A stretch of 64,000 nt of DNA, taken from the NCBI GenBank assembly GCA_016776605.1, contig JADHTB010000009.1, positions 31,453 through 95,452 of the forward strand. The letters are read 5' to 3'. Below, piece by piece: positions 49,374-59,044 of the stretch (position 1 is the first letter of the stretch; the number at the start of each line of letters is the position of its first letter). The position numbers and the translations under genes were made by a program. The notes below the pieces were generated by a model, which was not told where the DNA came from, did not search any database, and worked only from the letters and a program-made list of their open reading frames with translations. Source of the DNA: Alphaproteobacteria bacterium. GTDB taxonomy: Bacteria; Pseudomonadota; Alphaproteobacteria; GCA-2731375.

Positions 49374-50680
49374 TCGACCAGCCGCACGATATCCGCGCCA
49401 CAGTCCGAAAGTTTTTCCTCCAACCGCTCGTACCCACGGTCCAGATGATAGACCCGGCTGATCACGGTCTCGCCCGCCGCCGCCAAACCGGCCAGCACCA
49501 GGGACACCGAGGCGCGCAAATCCGTCGCCATCACCGGCGCCCCATGCAGGCCGCCGCCAACCGATCCCGCCGGTCCGCCACGGCCACGAACCATGGCGTT
49601 GGCGCCCTTGACCGTAATATCGGCCCCCATGCGCATCAGCTCCGGCACATGCTGAAAACGATTTTCGAAGATCGTTTCGGTGATCATGGCGGCACCATTC
49701 GCCGTCGCCAACAGGGCCATCAACTGGGCCTGCAGATCGGTGGGGAAACCGGGATAGGGCGCTGTCGTGACATTAATACCGCTCAGACCGTCGCTGCCGG
49801 CGCTGACCAGAACGCCGCAATCGGTTGGCTGCATGCGCACATTGGCACGGGCCAGGGCGGCCGCCACGGCCTCCATCAACTCCCACCGGGCGCCCAGCAA
49901 TTCGACCTCGCCGCCGGTTATGGCCGCGGCCATGGCATAGGTTGCCGCCTCGATCCGGTCGGGCAGTACGGCATAGTCCGCGCCCGACAATTTTTCGACG
50001 CCCTGGATCCGCAGGGTATCGCTGCCGATCCCCTCGATCCGGGCCCCCATGCTGTTCAGGCAATTGGCCAGATCGCCGATTTCGGGTTCCCTGGCGGCGT
50101 TCTCCAACACCACTTCGCCCTTGGCCAGGGTGGCCGCCATCAGCAGATTTTCCGTTGCGCCGACGGATACCTGGGGAAATACCACCACACCGCCCTGCAA
50201 CCCCTGGGGCGCCCGGGCTAGGATATAGCCATCATCCAGTTCAATTTCCGCGCCCAGGGCTTCCAGGCCGCCGATATGCATATCCACGGGCCGGGTGCCA
50301 ATGGCGCAGCCGCCCGGCAGGGAAACCCGCGCCTGGCCGCAACGGGCCAGCAAGGGGCCCAGCACCAGGACCGAGGCACGCATCTTGCGCACAATGTCAT
50401 AGGGCGCCTCGGTCGAGCTGATATCGTGGGTCCGCAGCGCCAGGACATGCCCCATGTGGCCGCCGCCGGGATGTTCCCCGGCCATGGACAATTCGGTGCC
50501 GTGCTGGGCCAACAGATGGGTCATGGTCGCGATATCCGCCAGATGCGGCAGATTGCGCAGGACCAAGGTCTCCTCGGTCAGCAAACTGGCCGCCATCAAG
50601 GGCAGGGCCGCGTTCTTGGCCCCGCTGATGGCAATCTTGCCGTGCAACGGCCGGCCACCGCGTATGCGTATCCTATCCAT
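49370..50680 (-). CDS. murA: UDP-N-acetylglucosamine 1-carboxyvinyltransferase
   Basis: [44 protein letters not shown]. Confidence 0.98.
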   Translation of the reverse strand: MDRIRIRGGRPLHGKIAISGAKNAALPLMAASLLTEETLVLRNLPHLADIATMTHLLAQHGTELSMAGEHPGGGHMGHVLALRTHDISSTEAPYDIVRKMRASVLVLGPLLARCGQARVSLPGGCAIGTRPVDMHIGGLEALGAEIELDDGYILARAPQGLQGGVVVFPQVSVGATENLLMAATLAKGEVVLENAAREPEIGDLANCLNSMGARIEGIGSDTLRIQGVEKLSGADYAVLPDRIEAATYAMAAAITGGEVELLGARWELMEAVAAALARANVRMQPTDCGVLVSAGSDGLSGINVTTAPYPGFPTDLQAQLMALLATANGAAMITETIFENRFQHVPELMRMGADITVKGANAMVRGRGGPAGSVGGGLHGAPVMATDLRASVSLVLAGLAAAGETVISRVYHLDRGYERLEEKLSDCGADIVRLVD

Positions 50681-50927
50681 CTGTGTCCTAACGGCCCCGG
50701 CAACCTAGTCTTTGGGGCCTTTGGGGCATTTACAACCATGCCCGCGCTCTATGTTCCGCAGTTGGCTGGGGTTCTATCCTATCCCGCCCGGCCTGGAAAC
50801 CGGCGTTTTCCCGAAATCATCGGGATGGCGCCACCATGCCGCCGGTCAATTCGATCCCTATATAGCTGAACCAATTGCCATTTCAATTGCGGCAATGATA
50901 GGGCGGCCAGAGCAGCTTCGGGATATT

Positions 50928-51119
50928 CTATTCCCCATCCGCCCGATCAGGCGGGCCGGATAGGCCGACAGCGTCGGTTTTTTCCGCTCCTACAGGCGTA
51001 TTGGCGACCGTCTGTTGCTGCTTGCGGCGGCGCAAATTGTCGCGCAACGCCTGGGCCAGCCGCTGTTGCCGCAGGTCAGCCGCCGATTTTAGGGGTGATT
51101 GTGATTTATTTTCCGTCAT
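50928..51119 (-). CDS. Small basic hypothetical protein upstream of murA
   Basis: RQQRLAQALRDNLRRRKQQ resembles the short ORF commonly seen before alphaproteobacterial murA. Confidence 0.6.
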   Translation of the reverse strand: MTENKSQSPLKSAADLRQQRLAQALRDNLRRRKQQQTVANTPVGAEKTDAVGLSGPPDRADGE

Positions 51120-51239
51120 GACCGTATCGGTCTCATATCCCGCTTGCCCTGGCAAGGGCACTTGTGGCAGTTTGCCGGACCGTTGCCAGGGTGGCAAGAC
51201 ATGGTCTTAGGCCACGCCGTCAAACCGCCAGGGCACCCG

Positions 51240-51314
<75 letters not shown>

Positions 51315-51436
51315 TTTCCCCGCCGGCAGCGGTCTTATTCGATGGCGCCCCAGGGGCAGATGCCCTGAGCGATAGCGCCAAACGCGGCGGCGGCGCTTTG
51401 AGAAACCATGTTTTGGCAATACAGGCTTTGCACGCC

Positions 51437-51787
51437 TTATCCCGGCTCTCCCGTCAGGCGCGACGGCGCCGGAATATTGCACCGGGCGGCAGCCTGGCCC
51501 GGGCGGGCGATGGGGGTCAGGGGCAGGACCAGCCAGACGCCTTCGCGTGTCCGTGCCGTTACCGCCTGCAATACGGCGATGGGATTGTGCCTGTGCCGGG
51601 ATGGGGTTTTCAGCGATAGGCAGGTCAGGGTCAGAATTTCCCCCGGATGCATGAAGTTCCGCATGCGGTCATCGGGGAAATAGCCCGGCGCCAAAACCTC
51701 GGCCGGGCGGTCCGTGGTGCTGTAGGCCCAGTGCGAGGCCCGGCTGTTACCGGCCACGCACATCAGGTTGGAGGCATCATAGGGCAA
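51437..51787 (-). CDS. Small phage-related hypothetical protein
   Basis: TTG start after GGAAGGA; YDASNL...HWAYSTTD...VLAPGYF...MHPGEIL resembles small alphaproteobacterial prophage head-region proteins (recalled, not searched). Confidence 0.6.
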   Translation of the reverse strand: MPYDASNLMCVAGNSRASHWAYSTTDRPAEVLAPGYFPDDRMRNFMHPGEILTLTCLSLKTPSRHRHNPIAVLQAVTARTREGVWLVLPLTPIARPGQAAARCNIPAPSRLTGEPG

Positions 51788-51820
51788 ATTCGGATCCTTC
51801 CGCCGATCACAGCCCGTATA

Positions 51821-51847
51821 TATACCTTATCGTATAAATAAATACAA
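51821..51847 (-). promoter_or_regulatory. Promoter plus operator for the gene at 51437..51787
   Basis: Minus strand TTGTAT-N17-TATATA with the imperfect palindrome TATACC-TTAT-CGTATA (51821-51836). Confidence 0.6.
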
Positions 51848-51931
51848 GAAATATTGGAACTAGCGTATATTTAGCGGCCCGCCCCGGCCACCCTCGCGAC
51901 CACATTCACGGCCACCTTCACGACTTTGTGG

Positions 51932-52588
51932 CTATCGGTAGACCCTGTGTGCGCCGACGATCAGATGCATGGCGGCAACCTCTTCGGGGACAAACCGCAC
52001 CTCCTTGGGGGGATTATACTGCTCCAATATAATGGCCCGCTGGGTTCGCCGCCGCAGCAATTTGATAAAGGCCCGGTCATCGGTGGTTTGCACGACAACG
52101 TAATCGTTCGGTTGCACGGGGATGTTCGGGTCGACCTCGATTATTTCACGCGGTTCATAGCGCGGCCGCATTGAGGAATTATGCACGATCAGGGCATAGG
52201 CGTTGGTCACCCCGACCAAATTCGCCGGCCGGCCCGCAAAGCCTGTAATTGTGCCATTATCCAGGAATGTACCGTCTTCCCCCGCCTCGGCATGGCCGAG
52301 GATTGGTAAATCCTGTACCCGGCCGGGCGGACCGGGGATTTCCGTTGCGATCAGATGATCGGACACGCCCGGCGCCGGCCAGGGCGCCTCGCCCGCCGAT
52401 GCCGCAGCGGCGCCCGATTGTCCACTTAGGGCGGCGATGGCGCGGGATTGCTCCCGGTCCGGCCCCTGCTTGCCCGCCTCCCAACGGGAGACGGTCGCCT
52501 GGGTCGTCCCCAGGGACGCCGCGAACTGCGCCTGTGTCTGCCGCCGTTCCCGACGCAGCCCGCGCACGGTAACTGCCCAATCAACCAT
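51932..52588 (-). CDS. CI/LexA-like repressor: XRE HTH + S24 peptidase domain
   Basis: TQAQFAASLGTTQATVSRWEAG HTH; AEAG cleavage site; SMRPRY catalytic Ser; FIKLL catalytic Lys. Confidence 0.92.
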   Translation of the reverse strand: MVDWAVTVRGLRRERRQTQAQFAASLGTTQATVSRWEAGKQGPDREQSRAIAALSGQSGAAAASAGEAPWPAPGVSDHLIATEIPGPPGRVQDLPILGHAEAGEDGTFLDNGTITGFAGRPANLVGVTNAYALIVHNSSMRPRYEPREIIEVDPNIPVQPNDYVVVQTTDDRAFIKLLRRRTQRAIILEQYNPPKEVRFVPEEVAAMHLIVGAHRVYR

Positions 52589-52679
52589 AATATATAAGAT
52601 AAAGCATTTTTATACGGATGCAAATACGAAATAGAATAATTTTCTTGTATTTTATACGTTAGCGTATATTATATTGCCC
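52589..52679. promoter_or_regulatory. AT-rich divergent promoter region with operator palindrome
   Basis: Perfect TATACG-TTAG-CGTATA (52653-52668) between TTGTAT (52645) and TATTAT (52667); leftward TTGCAT-N16-TATCTT ending 7 nt before the repressor ATG; weaker site TATACG-GATG-CAAATA at 52611-52626. Confidence 0.7.
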
Positions 52680-53000
52680 ATGACAGACCCCACCACCCCT
52701 ATAGATGATCCCTTAGACGATCCTCTAGATGAGCGCCCGGGCGCCGGCAAATCGGCGCGCCCGGCGGCCCAACAGATCGCCGGCTGCCGCTGGATCGACG
52801 GCGATGTACAGACCCCGGCGTGGCGCTATTGCCAGGCACCGCGATTGCCCGGCCGGTCTTATTGTGCAGCACACCATGTGCGCAGCATCAATCCCGATGC
52901 TGACCGGCAATTCACGGCGGAACTGGCGGAATGCGAGCTTTACTTAGGCGATCTGCCGCCCCCGGAAGACGCGTTGGACGACGAATTGGATGGGGCATAG
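52680..53000 (+). CDS. GcrA-like C-terminal domain protein
   Basis: CRWIDGD...RYCQAP...GRSYCAAH matches the GcrA C-terminal CRWPxGD...FC...YCxxH pattern; acidic tails; no N-terminal GcrA domain. Confidence 0.7.
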   Translation: MTDPTTPIDDPLDDPLDERPGAGKSARPAAQQIAGCRWIDGDVQTPAWRYCQAPRLPGRSYCAAHHVRSINPDADRQFTAELAECELYLGDLPPPEDALDDELDGA

Positions 53001-53621
53001 ATGATGGGCGACGGGGAACAGCCCAAATCCCCCGGCGGCAAGGGGACAAATCGCCGCCGCGCGAGCCGGCGGCAGGCGCAACGGGGCCGTCTGCAACTAA
53101 GTGGCAATGGCGGGCCGACCAATTTGCGCCTGCAGCATCACCCCTTGGGGGAGGACAGCCCCGCCCTGGTGCGCGCCGATATTGCTGCCGAGGACGGACG
53201 CGGGCCCGTTACCTATGCCCTGCGCGCGCCCGATACGATCGACGCGCTGGTGAACAAGGGCCGCATCGACCACCGGGCGGCGGCGGGCGCCCGTAAGTTC
53301 GAGGGCATTTTTCAGCGCGCCAGCCTGAACGGTCTGGTCAACCGGGATATCCGCGTAACACCGGGTGCCTTTAACCCTGGGGGTGGCGAGCCGCACCGCA
53401 TTCTGGCCGCCCGCGACGAGGTCTGGAGCGCCATACGCGCCCTGGGCGGCATCGGCACGCCCGGCGCCAATGTGGTCTGGGATGTCCTGGGCCTGGGCAT
53501 GACCATCAAGGCCCATGCGGAGCGTTGCCAGTTTGGCAACGGCCGCTCTCTCAACCCCATGACCGCCACCGGCATTCTGGTGCAATCCTGTTTCACCCTG
53601 GCTGCGTATTATGGCACGTAA
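53001..53621 (+). CDS. DUF6456-like phage/GTA transcription regulator
   Basis: AAAGARKF...F, AARDEVWSAIRALGG...VVWDVLGLG...GIL...LAAYYG C-terminal pattern; starts immediately after the upstream stop. Confidence 0.72.
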   Translation: MMGDGEQPKSPGGKGTNRRRASRRQAQRGRLQLSGNGGPTNLRLQHHPLGEDSPALVRADIAAEDGRGPVTYALRAPDTIDALVNKGRIDHRAAAGARKFEGIFQRASLNGLVNRDIRVTPGAFNPGGGEPHRILAARDEVWSAIRALGGIGTPGANVVWDVLGLGMTIKAHAERCQFGNGRSLNPMTATGILVQSCFTLAAYYGT

Positions 53622-53711
53622 CCCTATGGGAAAGGGCCGGCAAGTGCGCTAGTTTCACCCTACCATGCTCAGATGGGACGGGCATTGGGAGTGCAGTAGG
53701 GGAGCGCAAGA

Positions 53712-55160
53712 ATGGTGGTGCGGATCGATCCGGTAATCCTGTCAGGTGGTTCGGGCACCCGGTTATGGCCCCTGTCACGGGCCGCGTACCCCAAGCAACT
53801 TTTACCCCTGACCGACAGCCACAGCATGTTGCAGGCCACGGTATTGCGGATCTCGGACCCGGCCCGGTTTAATCCCCCGACCCTGATCTGCAATGACGAA
53901 CACCGCTTTATCGTAGCCGAACAATTGCGCGCCATTGCTGTCGAGCCCGCGGATATCGTGTTGGAACCCATGGGCAGGAATACCGCCCCCGCCGCCACGG
54001 TGGCTGCCCTGCTGGCAGCGGCCCGGGCGCCGGATGCGATGATCCTGATACTGCCCTCCGACCACAGCATCGCCGACACGCCTGCTTTTCTGGCGGTGAT
54101 CGACACCGCCGCACAGGCCGCACAAGGGGGGGCGCTGGTCACCTTTGGCATCACGCCCACGTCGCCTGAAACCGGCTATGGCTATATCAAGCGCGGCGCG
54201 GCTCTGCCGGGCCTTGATTGCTGCCACAAAGTTGCTGAATTCGTTGAAAAACCCGAACGGGACAAGGCCGAGGCGATGCTGGCGGCGGGCGGCTTTGATT
54301 GGAACAGCGGGATGTTCCTGTTCCAGGCCGGGCACCTGTTGGCGGAGATGGAACGTCTGGCCCCCGATATCGTGCGGGCCTGCCGGAACGCCGTGACCGC
54401 CGCGCAGCGGGATCTATCCTTCATGCGCCTGGATGCCGCGGCGTTCGCGGCCAACCCCAACATCTCTATCGATTATGCGGTGATGGAAAAGACCATGTCG
54501 GCGGCGGTTGCCAGCGCCGATATAGGCTGGAGCGACGTCGGCTCCTGGTCGGCCTTGTGGGAACTGGGGCTGGAAGCTGGCGGGGCCGGCGATGACGCCA
54601 ATAACGTGACCGTGGGCGATGTCATTCTGGACGATGTCGCCAACAGCTATGTCCGGGCGGAAAGGCGCTTGGTGGCCGCCCTTGGGGTCAGGGACCTGGT
54701 GATCGTGGAAACCGGCGATGCGGTCCTGGTGGCCAGCCGGGACAAGGTGCAGGAGGTTAAAACCATCGTCGACCGCCTGAAAGCCGACGGCCGGGGCGAG
54801 TCCGAACAAAACCTCAGGGTCTATCGCCCCTGGGGCTATTACGAGGGTATGGACCAGGGCGACCGTTTTCAGGTCAAACGGATCAGTGTGAAGCCGGGGC
54901 AGAAACTGTCCCTGCAAATGCATCACCACCGGGCCGAACATTGGATCGTGGTCGAAGGCACCGCGAAAGTGACCTGCAACGATGAAACCCGGTTGCTGGA
55001 GGAAAACCAGTCGACATATATTCCCATCGGGGCCTGGCACCGGCTGGAAAATCCCGGCAAGGTCGACCTGAAAATAATCGAAGTACAGTCGGGGAGCTAC
55101 TTGGGCGAGGACGACATCGTGCGCAGCGACGACGACTACGGCCGCGACAGCAAAAGCTGA
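53712..55160 (+). CDS. manC: Mannose-1-phosphate guanylyltransferase / mannose-6-phosphate isomerase
   Basis: GGSGTRLWPLSR, PKQ, EPMGRNTAPA, FVEKP, RPWG, LSLQMHHHRAEHW. Confidence 0.96.
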   Translation: MVVRIDPVILSGGSGTRLWPLSRAAYPKQLLPLTDSHSMLQATVLRISDPARFNPPTLICNDEHRFIVAEQLRAIAVEPADIVLEPMGRNTAPAATVAALLAAARAPDAMILILPSDHSIADTPAFLAVIDTAAQAAQGGALVTFGITPTSPETGYGYIKRGAALPGLDCCHKVAEFVEKPERDKAEAMLAAGGFDWNSGMFLFQAGHLLAEMERLAPDIVRACRNAVTAAQRDLSFMRLDAAAFAANPNISIDYAVMEKTMSAAVASADIGWSDVGSWSALWELGLEAGGAGDDANNVTVGDVILDDVANSYVRAERRLVAALGVRDLVIVETGDAVLVASRDKVQEVKTIVDRLKADGRGESEQNLRVYRPWGYYEGMDQGDRFQVKRISVKPGQKLSLQMHHHRAEHWIVVEGTAKVTCNDETRLLEENQSTYIPIGAWHRLENPGKVDLKIIEVQSGSYLGEDDIVRSDDDYGRDSKS

Positions 55161-55163
55161 CCC

Positions 55164-56669
55164 CTATTCCGCGACCACTTTCAGGCGCTGTTTTGCCTTG
55201 ATGGTTTGACGCGGGGCAAGGTCGTTCAGGATCCGAAACCAGTCTTCGTTAAGGCGGCCATAAGGCAGGGTGCGGGCCAGACCGGCAATGCTGTCGTCTG
55301 GACGGGCGGTCACCACCAGCAACCGCTTGGCCAGCACGCCGGCCGCCGTGGCGGCGCTGATATGCCGGAACGATTGACCCGATGCACGGAACGGCTTGGC
55401 CCATCTATCGGCCTGTTCGGTTGGCGAAACATACATGAAGCGGTAAAATTTTCCGCTATTCCGCCGGATCGCCAGAAGCCGGATGTTGGCCGCGCCGCTT
55501 TTACCCCGCCCTTCGACCCAGCCCGTGGCGGCGTCACTACCGTCAATAATCAGACTTTCCACATTGCGCAGGCGGGCCCTGGCGGCCCAGACATCGCGTA
55601 AATAAGCCGTCGCCGTGCGTGCGCCTTTCGATTGCCCCATATCGAAGGCCATCCCCACGCCGGGTGAATGGCGCCCCTGGACCTGGGATGGGCTGTTGCG
55701 CAGACGAAAGCCGGGTGGCGCCTCGAATTCAAAGCGCAGCTCCGGATGGATGAACTTGCGCCCCCGCACGACGCCCTGTTTCGGATCATCGCCGAACATC
55801 ATGCCGTCGATCTTGTTTAAATACGCGTCCGCCGCCAAACGTCCCGTCCCGCCCCCCTGGGATGCCGCCTGCTGGGCCTGCCGGACACGTTCCACCGTAC
55901 GCGGATGGGTCGACATGATATTAAATTCATCCACCTGGCCCGGCGGCAGGCCCAGGATCTGGGCTTCTACCTTGGAATGTTCCCGCAAACTGCCCAGAAA
56001 CGAGGCCATGGCGTCGGCGTTATAGCCGGCCCGGCTCATGTAACGGATGCCCAGGGTATCGGCTTCGAACTCGTGCTCGCGGGAATAACCCTTGATCGCA
56101 GCCAGGGCGGCGGTCTGACCGATCTGCATAAGATCCGACGGCAGACCGGCGGCGCGCAGGCCCACGGCCCCCAACAACAGGCCCAGTTGCGCGACCTGCT
56201 GGGCGGTGCGGCGTTCAGCGCCATGGCGGGCCGTGACGTGGGCCAGTTCGTGGCTTAAAACCCCGGCCAGCTCGGCCTCGCTGGAGGCCAGGGCCAGCAA
56301 GCCGCGGGTGATATAGACATAGCCGCCCGGCAGTGCGAATGCATTGACGATCTGCGTGTTTAATATAGTGAAACGATAGGGGTATTGCTGATATTCCGTC
56401 TGTTTCGCCAATCCCAGGCCGATCTTCGTAACGTAGCCGGCAAGACGGGGATCATCGTAGGCGCCACCGAAGGATTGCAGGATTTTTGGATGGTTCTGGC
56501 GGCCCTCGGCGATGTCGTCTTCGATGGAACGAAAGCCGGTGAAGCTATCCCGCCCCGATGCTGCGTTGGTGGCCACGCAGCCGGATGTCCCGGCCAAGGC
56601 GGCACCACTGGTCAGGCCGGCCAGAAGCTGGCGCCGGTTAAGCCAATGTTCGGGACGGTCAATGCACAT
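55164..56669 (-). CDS. M48 family metalloprotease, Tat-exported lipoprotein
   Basis: NRRQLL twin-Arg motif with TSGC lipobox; NAFALPGG, HELAH, EFEAD, STHP. Confidence 0.92.
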   Translation of the reverse strand: MCIDRPEHWLNRRQLLAGLTSGAALAGTSGCVATNAASGRDSFTGFRSIEDDIAEGRQNHPKILQSFGGAYDDPRLAGYVTKIGLGLAKQTEYQQYPYRFTILNTQIVNAFALPGGYVYITRGLLALASSEAELAGVLSHELAHVTARHGAERRTAQQVAQLGLLLGAVGLRAAGLPSDLMQIGQTAALAAIKGYSREHEFEADTLGIRYMSRAGYNADAMASFLGSLREHSKVEAQILGLPPGQVDEFNIMSTHPRTVERVRQAQQAASQGGGTGRLAADAYLNKIDGMMFGDDPKQGVVRGRKFIHPELRFEFEAPPGFRLRNSPSQVQGRHSPGVGMAFDMGQSKGARTATAYLRDVWAARARLRNVESLIIDGSDAATGWVEGRGKSGAANIRLLAIRRNSGKFYRFMYVSPTEQADRWAKPFRASGQSFRHISAATAAGVLAKRLLVVTARPDDSIAGLARTLPYGRLNEDWFRILNDLAPRQTIKAKQRLKVVAE

Positions 56670-56685
56670 TCAGAACACCCCCGCG

Positions 56686-57615
56686 CTAAAGCGCGATGAT
56701 TTCCGCCGGTTCAGCGTGCGGCGCTTCATCGCCCTCCCGCCACAGCCAATAGGTTAGTTGTTTTTCAGCGTTCAAGGCGACGACCCGATGGCGGCCGGCG
56801 CGGTCGATAGCATGCAGCGTAATGCGTTGTAGCAGGCCGCCGCGCAATTGGCGCAGGTCGTCGATGGCCTCGTCGACGGCGGCCTCCAGTGACAGTCCCA
56901 TTTTCATATACAGCACAATGGCCCGCGAAGAGCCGGCGCGGATGGCCATTTCGCCCGTCCCCGTACAGGCCGCGGCACCATAGCGGCTGTCGGCATAGCA
57001 GCCCGCGCCAATAACCGGGCTATCGCCCAGGCGGCCGGGATACTTCCAGGCCCAGCCGGAAGTGGAGACACCCGCCATGATCTCCTGCTGACTGTCCAAG
57101 GACAGGAAAACAGTGGTGTCCATGCCCTTTTCCGGATCGATGGCCTGTTGGCACAATGCGGCCAAAGGTACATCGGGCCACTTTTCCCGGTCCGCCGCCG
57201 GCACGTTCTCTTCGAACCATTCACGCCAGACCCGTTCGGAATCCGGGATCAGGTTGTTTGCGGTCTCGGCGCCGATCTCGGCGGCGAACCTGGTGGCACC
57301 CTCGCCCACCAGCAGTTCATGGGGCAGGCGTTCCAGCACCGCGCGGGCAACGGAGATGGGATGGAGGAAACCTTTCAAGGCGCCAACCGCCCCGCTGCGA
57401 AAGCTGCTGCCGTCGATCATGGCGGCATCCAATTCAACTTCACCCAGCAGGTTGGGCCAACCGCCCCGGCCCACGGTACGAATGGAGGTGTCCGCCTCGA
57501 CCAGCCGGATACCCGCCTCGATCGCATCCAGGCCGGCCGCGCCCGCCGCCAGCATTTCAGCCGTCTTTCCAACCCCGGGCGTACCTTCGGAATTGGTCAC
57601 TAAAATCCGCGCCAT
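56686..57615 (-). CDS. Asparaginase-2 / glycosylasparaginase family Ntn hydrolase
   Basis: VELDAAMIDG, D-T autocleavage junction (MDTT), STSG, PGRLGDSP, TGTGE; GAGGA RBS. Confidence 0.9.
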   Translation of the reverse strand: MARILVTNSEGTPGVGKTAEMLAAGAAGLDAIEAGIRLVEADTSIRTVGRGGWPNLLGEVELDAAMIDGSSFRSGAVGALKGFLHPISVARAVLERLPHELLVGEGATRFAAEIGAETANNLIPDSERVWREWFEENVPAADREKWPDVPLAALCQQAIDPEKGMDTTVFLSLDSQQEIMAGVSTSGWAWKYPGRLGDSPVIGAGCYADSRYGAAACTGTGEMAIRAGSSRAIVLYMKMGLSLEAAVDEAIDDLRQLRGGLLQRITLHAIDRAGRHRVVALNAEKQLTYWLWREGDEAPHAEPAEIIAL

Positions 57616-57749
57616 TGGCGTCCTCACATAATTGCCACGAAATACCGCCTGGCCCGCTATTGACCTGCAGGCCCTGACGGCAACATATAGTTGGCTGCCG
57701 GCCCCGGTACAATCCAGGATACACGGCAATTTCGTCTACAGTATGACAG

Positions 57750-58976
57750 ATGGTGGGGACTGATATGGGGATGTCGGTGCGGCAATCGCGCAAAATGTGG
57801 GTTTTAGTCGCGATTGGTGGCCTAATAGCCCTTTTGGGCCTGGGTATCCGCGCCAATTTCGGATTGTTCCTGGCGCCCATGTCAGCCGATTTGGGCTGGG
57901 GGCGCGAAGTTTTTGCCCTGGCCATCGCCATTCAAAACCTGATGTGGGGCCTTGGCCAGCCCCTGGCCGGCATGGTCGCCGACAGGTTCGGCACGGCCCG
58001 GGTTCTGGCGCTTGGTGGATTACTCTATGGCCTGGGCGTCTATGGCATGGCGCAGGCTTCCAGCCCTTCGACGTTGTATATGACGGGTGGCCTATTGGTG
58101 GGCCTGGGCATGTCCGCGGCATCCTTTTCCCTGGTCCTGGCAGCCCTCGGCCGCATAGTGCCGGAACGCTACCGCACCCTGGCCTTTGGCATTACCACTG
58201 CCGCCGGCTCCATGGGGCAATTCCTGCTGGTCCCATTGGGACAGAAATTCATGGAGGCTTACGGCTGGTCCACGGCCCTGATTTTCCTGGCCGTGATCGT
58301 CGCTTTAATTATCCCCCTATCGACCGCCATGCGTGGCCGGGCCGAAGAGGCAGTCGGCGCCATGAAGCAATCCATGGGCGAGGCGTTGCGCGAAGCCGGA
58401 CAGCATTCGGGCTATCTTTATTTAACCGCCGGTTTTTTCGTCTGCGGTTTTCATGTCGCCTTCATTGCCACCCATTTGCCGGCCTATATCACGGATCGCG
58501 GGCTCTCGGCGGAGATTGGCGCCTGGTCCCTGGCGACCGTCGGGCTGTTTAATGTGTTCGGCGCCATTATGGCCGGCGTCCTGGGCAATCGCTTTCAAAA
58601 GAAAAATCTTCTGAGCCTGATTTACTTCTCCCGCGCCGTGATCATCGCCCTGTTCGTGCTACTACCCATTAGCTCCACGACCGTGTTGCTGTTTTCCGCC
58701 GCCATTGGTCTGACCTGGTTGTCCACGGTCCCCCTGACCGGCGGCATCGTCGCCCAGGTGTTTGGCCCGCGCTACATGGCGACCTTGTTCGGATTCGTCT
58801 TTCTATCACACCAGTTCGGCTCGTTTCTGGGAGTCTGGCTGGGCGGCTATCTATTCGATCACACCGGTTCCTATGACATTGTCTGGTGGCTTGGCGTTGC
58901 CCTGGGTCTGTTCGCCGCCCTGGTGCACCTGCCCATCAACGAACGTCCCGCCACCCGTTTGGCGGCCGCTGAATAG
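57750..58976 (+). CDS. MFS transporter
   Basis: About 12 hydrophobic segments, GMVADRFG, FFVCGFH, SHQFGSFLG. Confidence 0.92.
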   Translation: MVGTDMGMSVRQSRKMWVLVAIGGLIALLGLGIRANFGLFLAPMSADLGWGREVFALAIAIQNLMWGLGQPLAGMVADRFGTARVLALGGLLYGLGVYGMAQASSPSTLYMTGGLLVGLGMSAASFSLVLAALGRIVPERYRTLAFGITTAAGSMGQFLLVPLGQKFMEAYGWSTALIFLAVIVALIIPLSTAMRGRAEEAVGAMKQSMGEALREAGQHSGYLYLTAGFFVCGFHVAFIATHLPAYITDRGLSAEIGAWSLATVGLFNVFGAIMAGVLGNRFQKKNLLSLIYFSRAVIIALFVLLPISSTTVLLFSAAIGLTWLSTVPLTGGIVAQVFGPRYMATLFGFVFLSHQFGSFLGVWLGGYLFDHTGSYDIVWWLGVALGLFAALVHLPINERPATRLAAAE

Positions 58977-59044
58977 ACCTTTTTAAATTTGATACGGATC
59001 AGTTCGTGCTGGCTTGTCAGGACAACGGTTCCTATCATCAGGCG

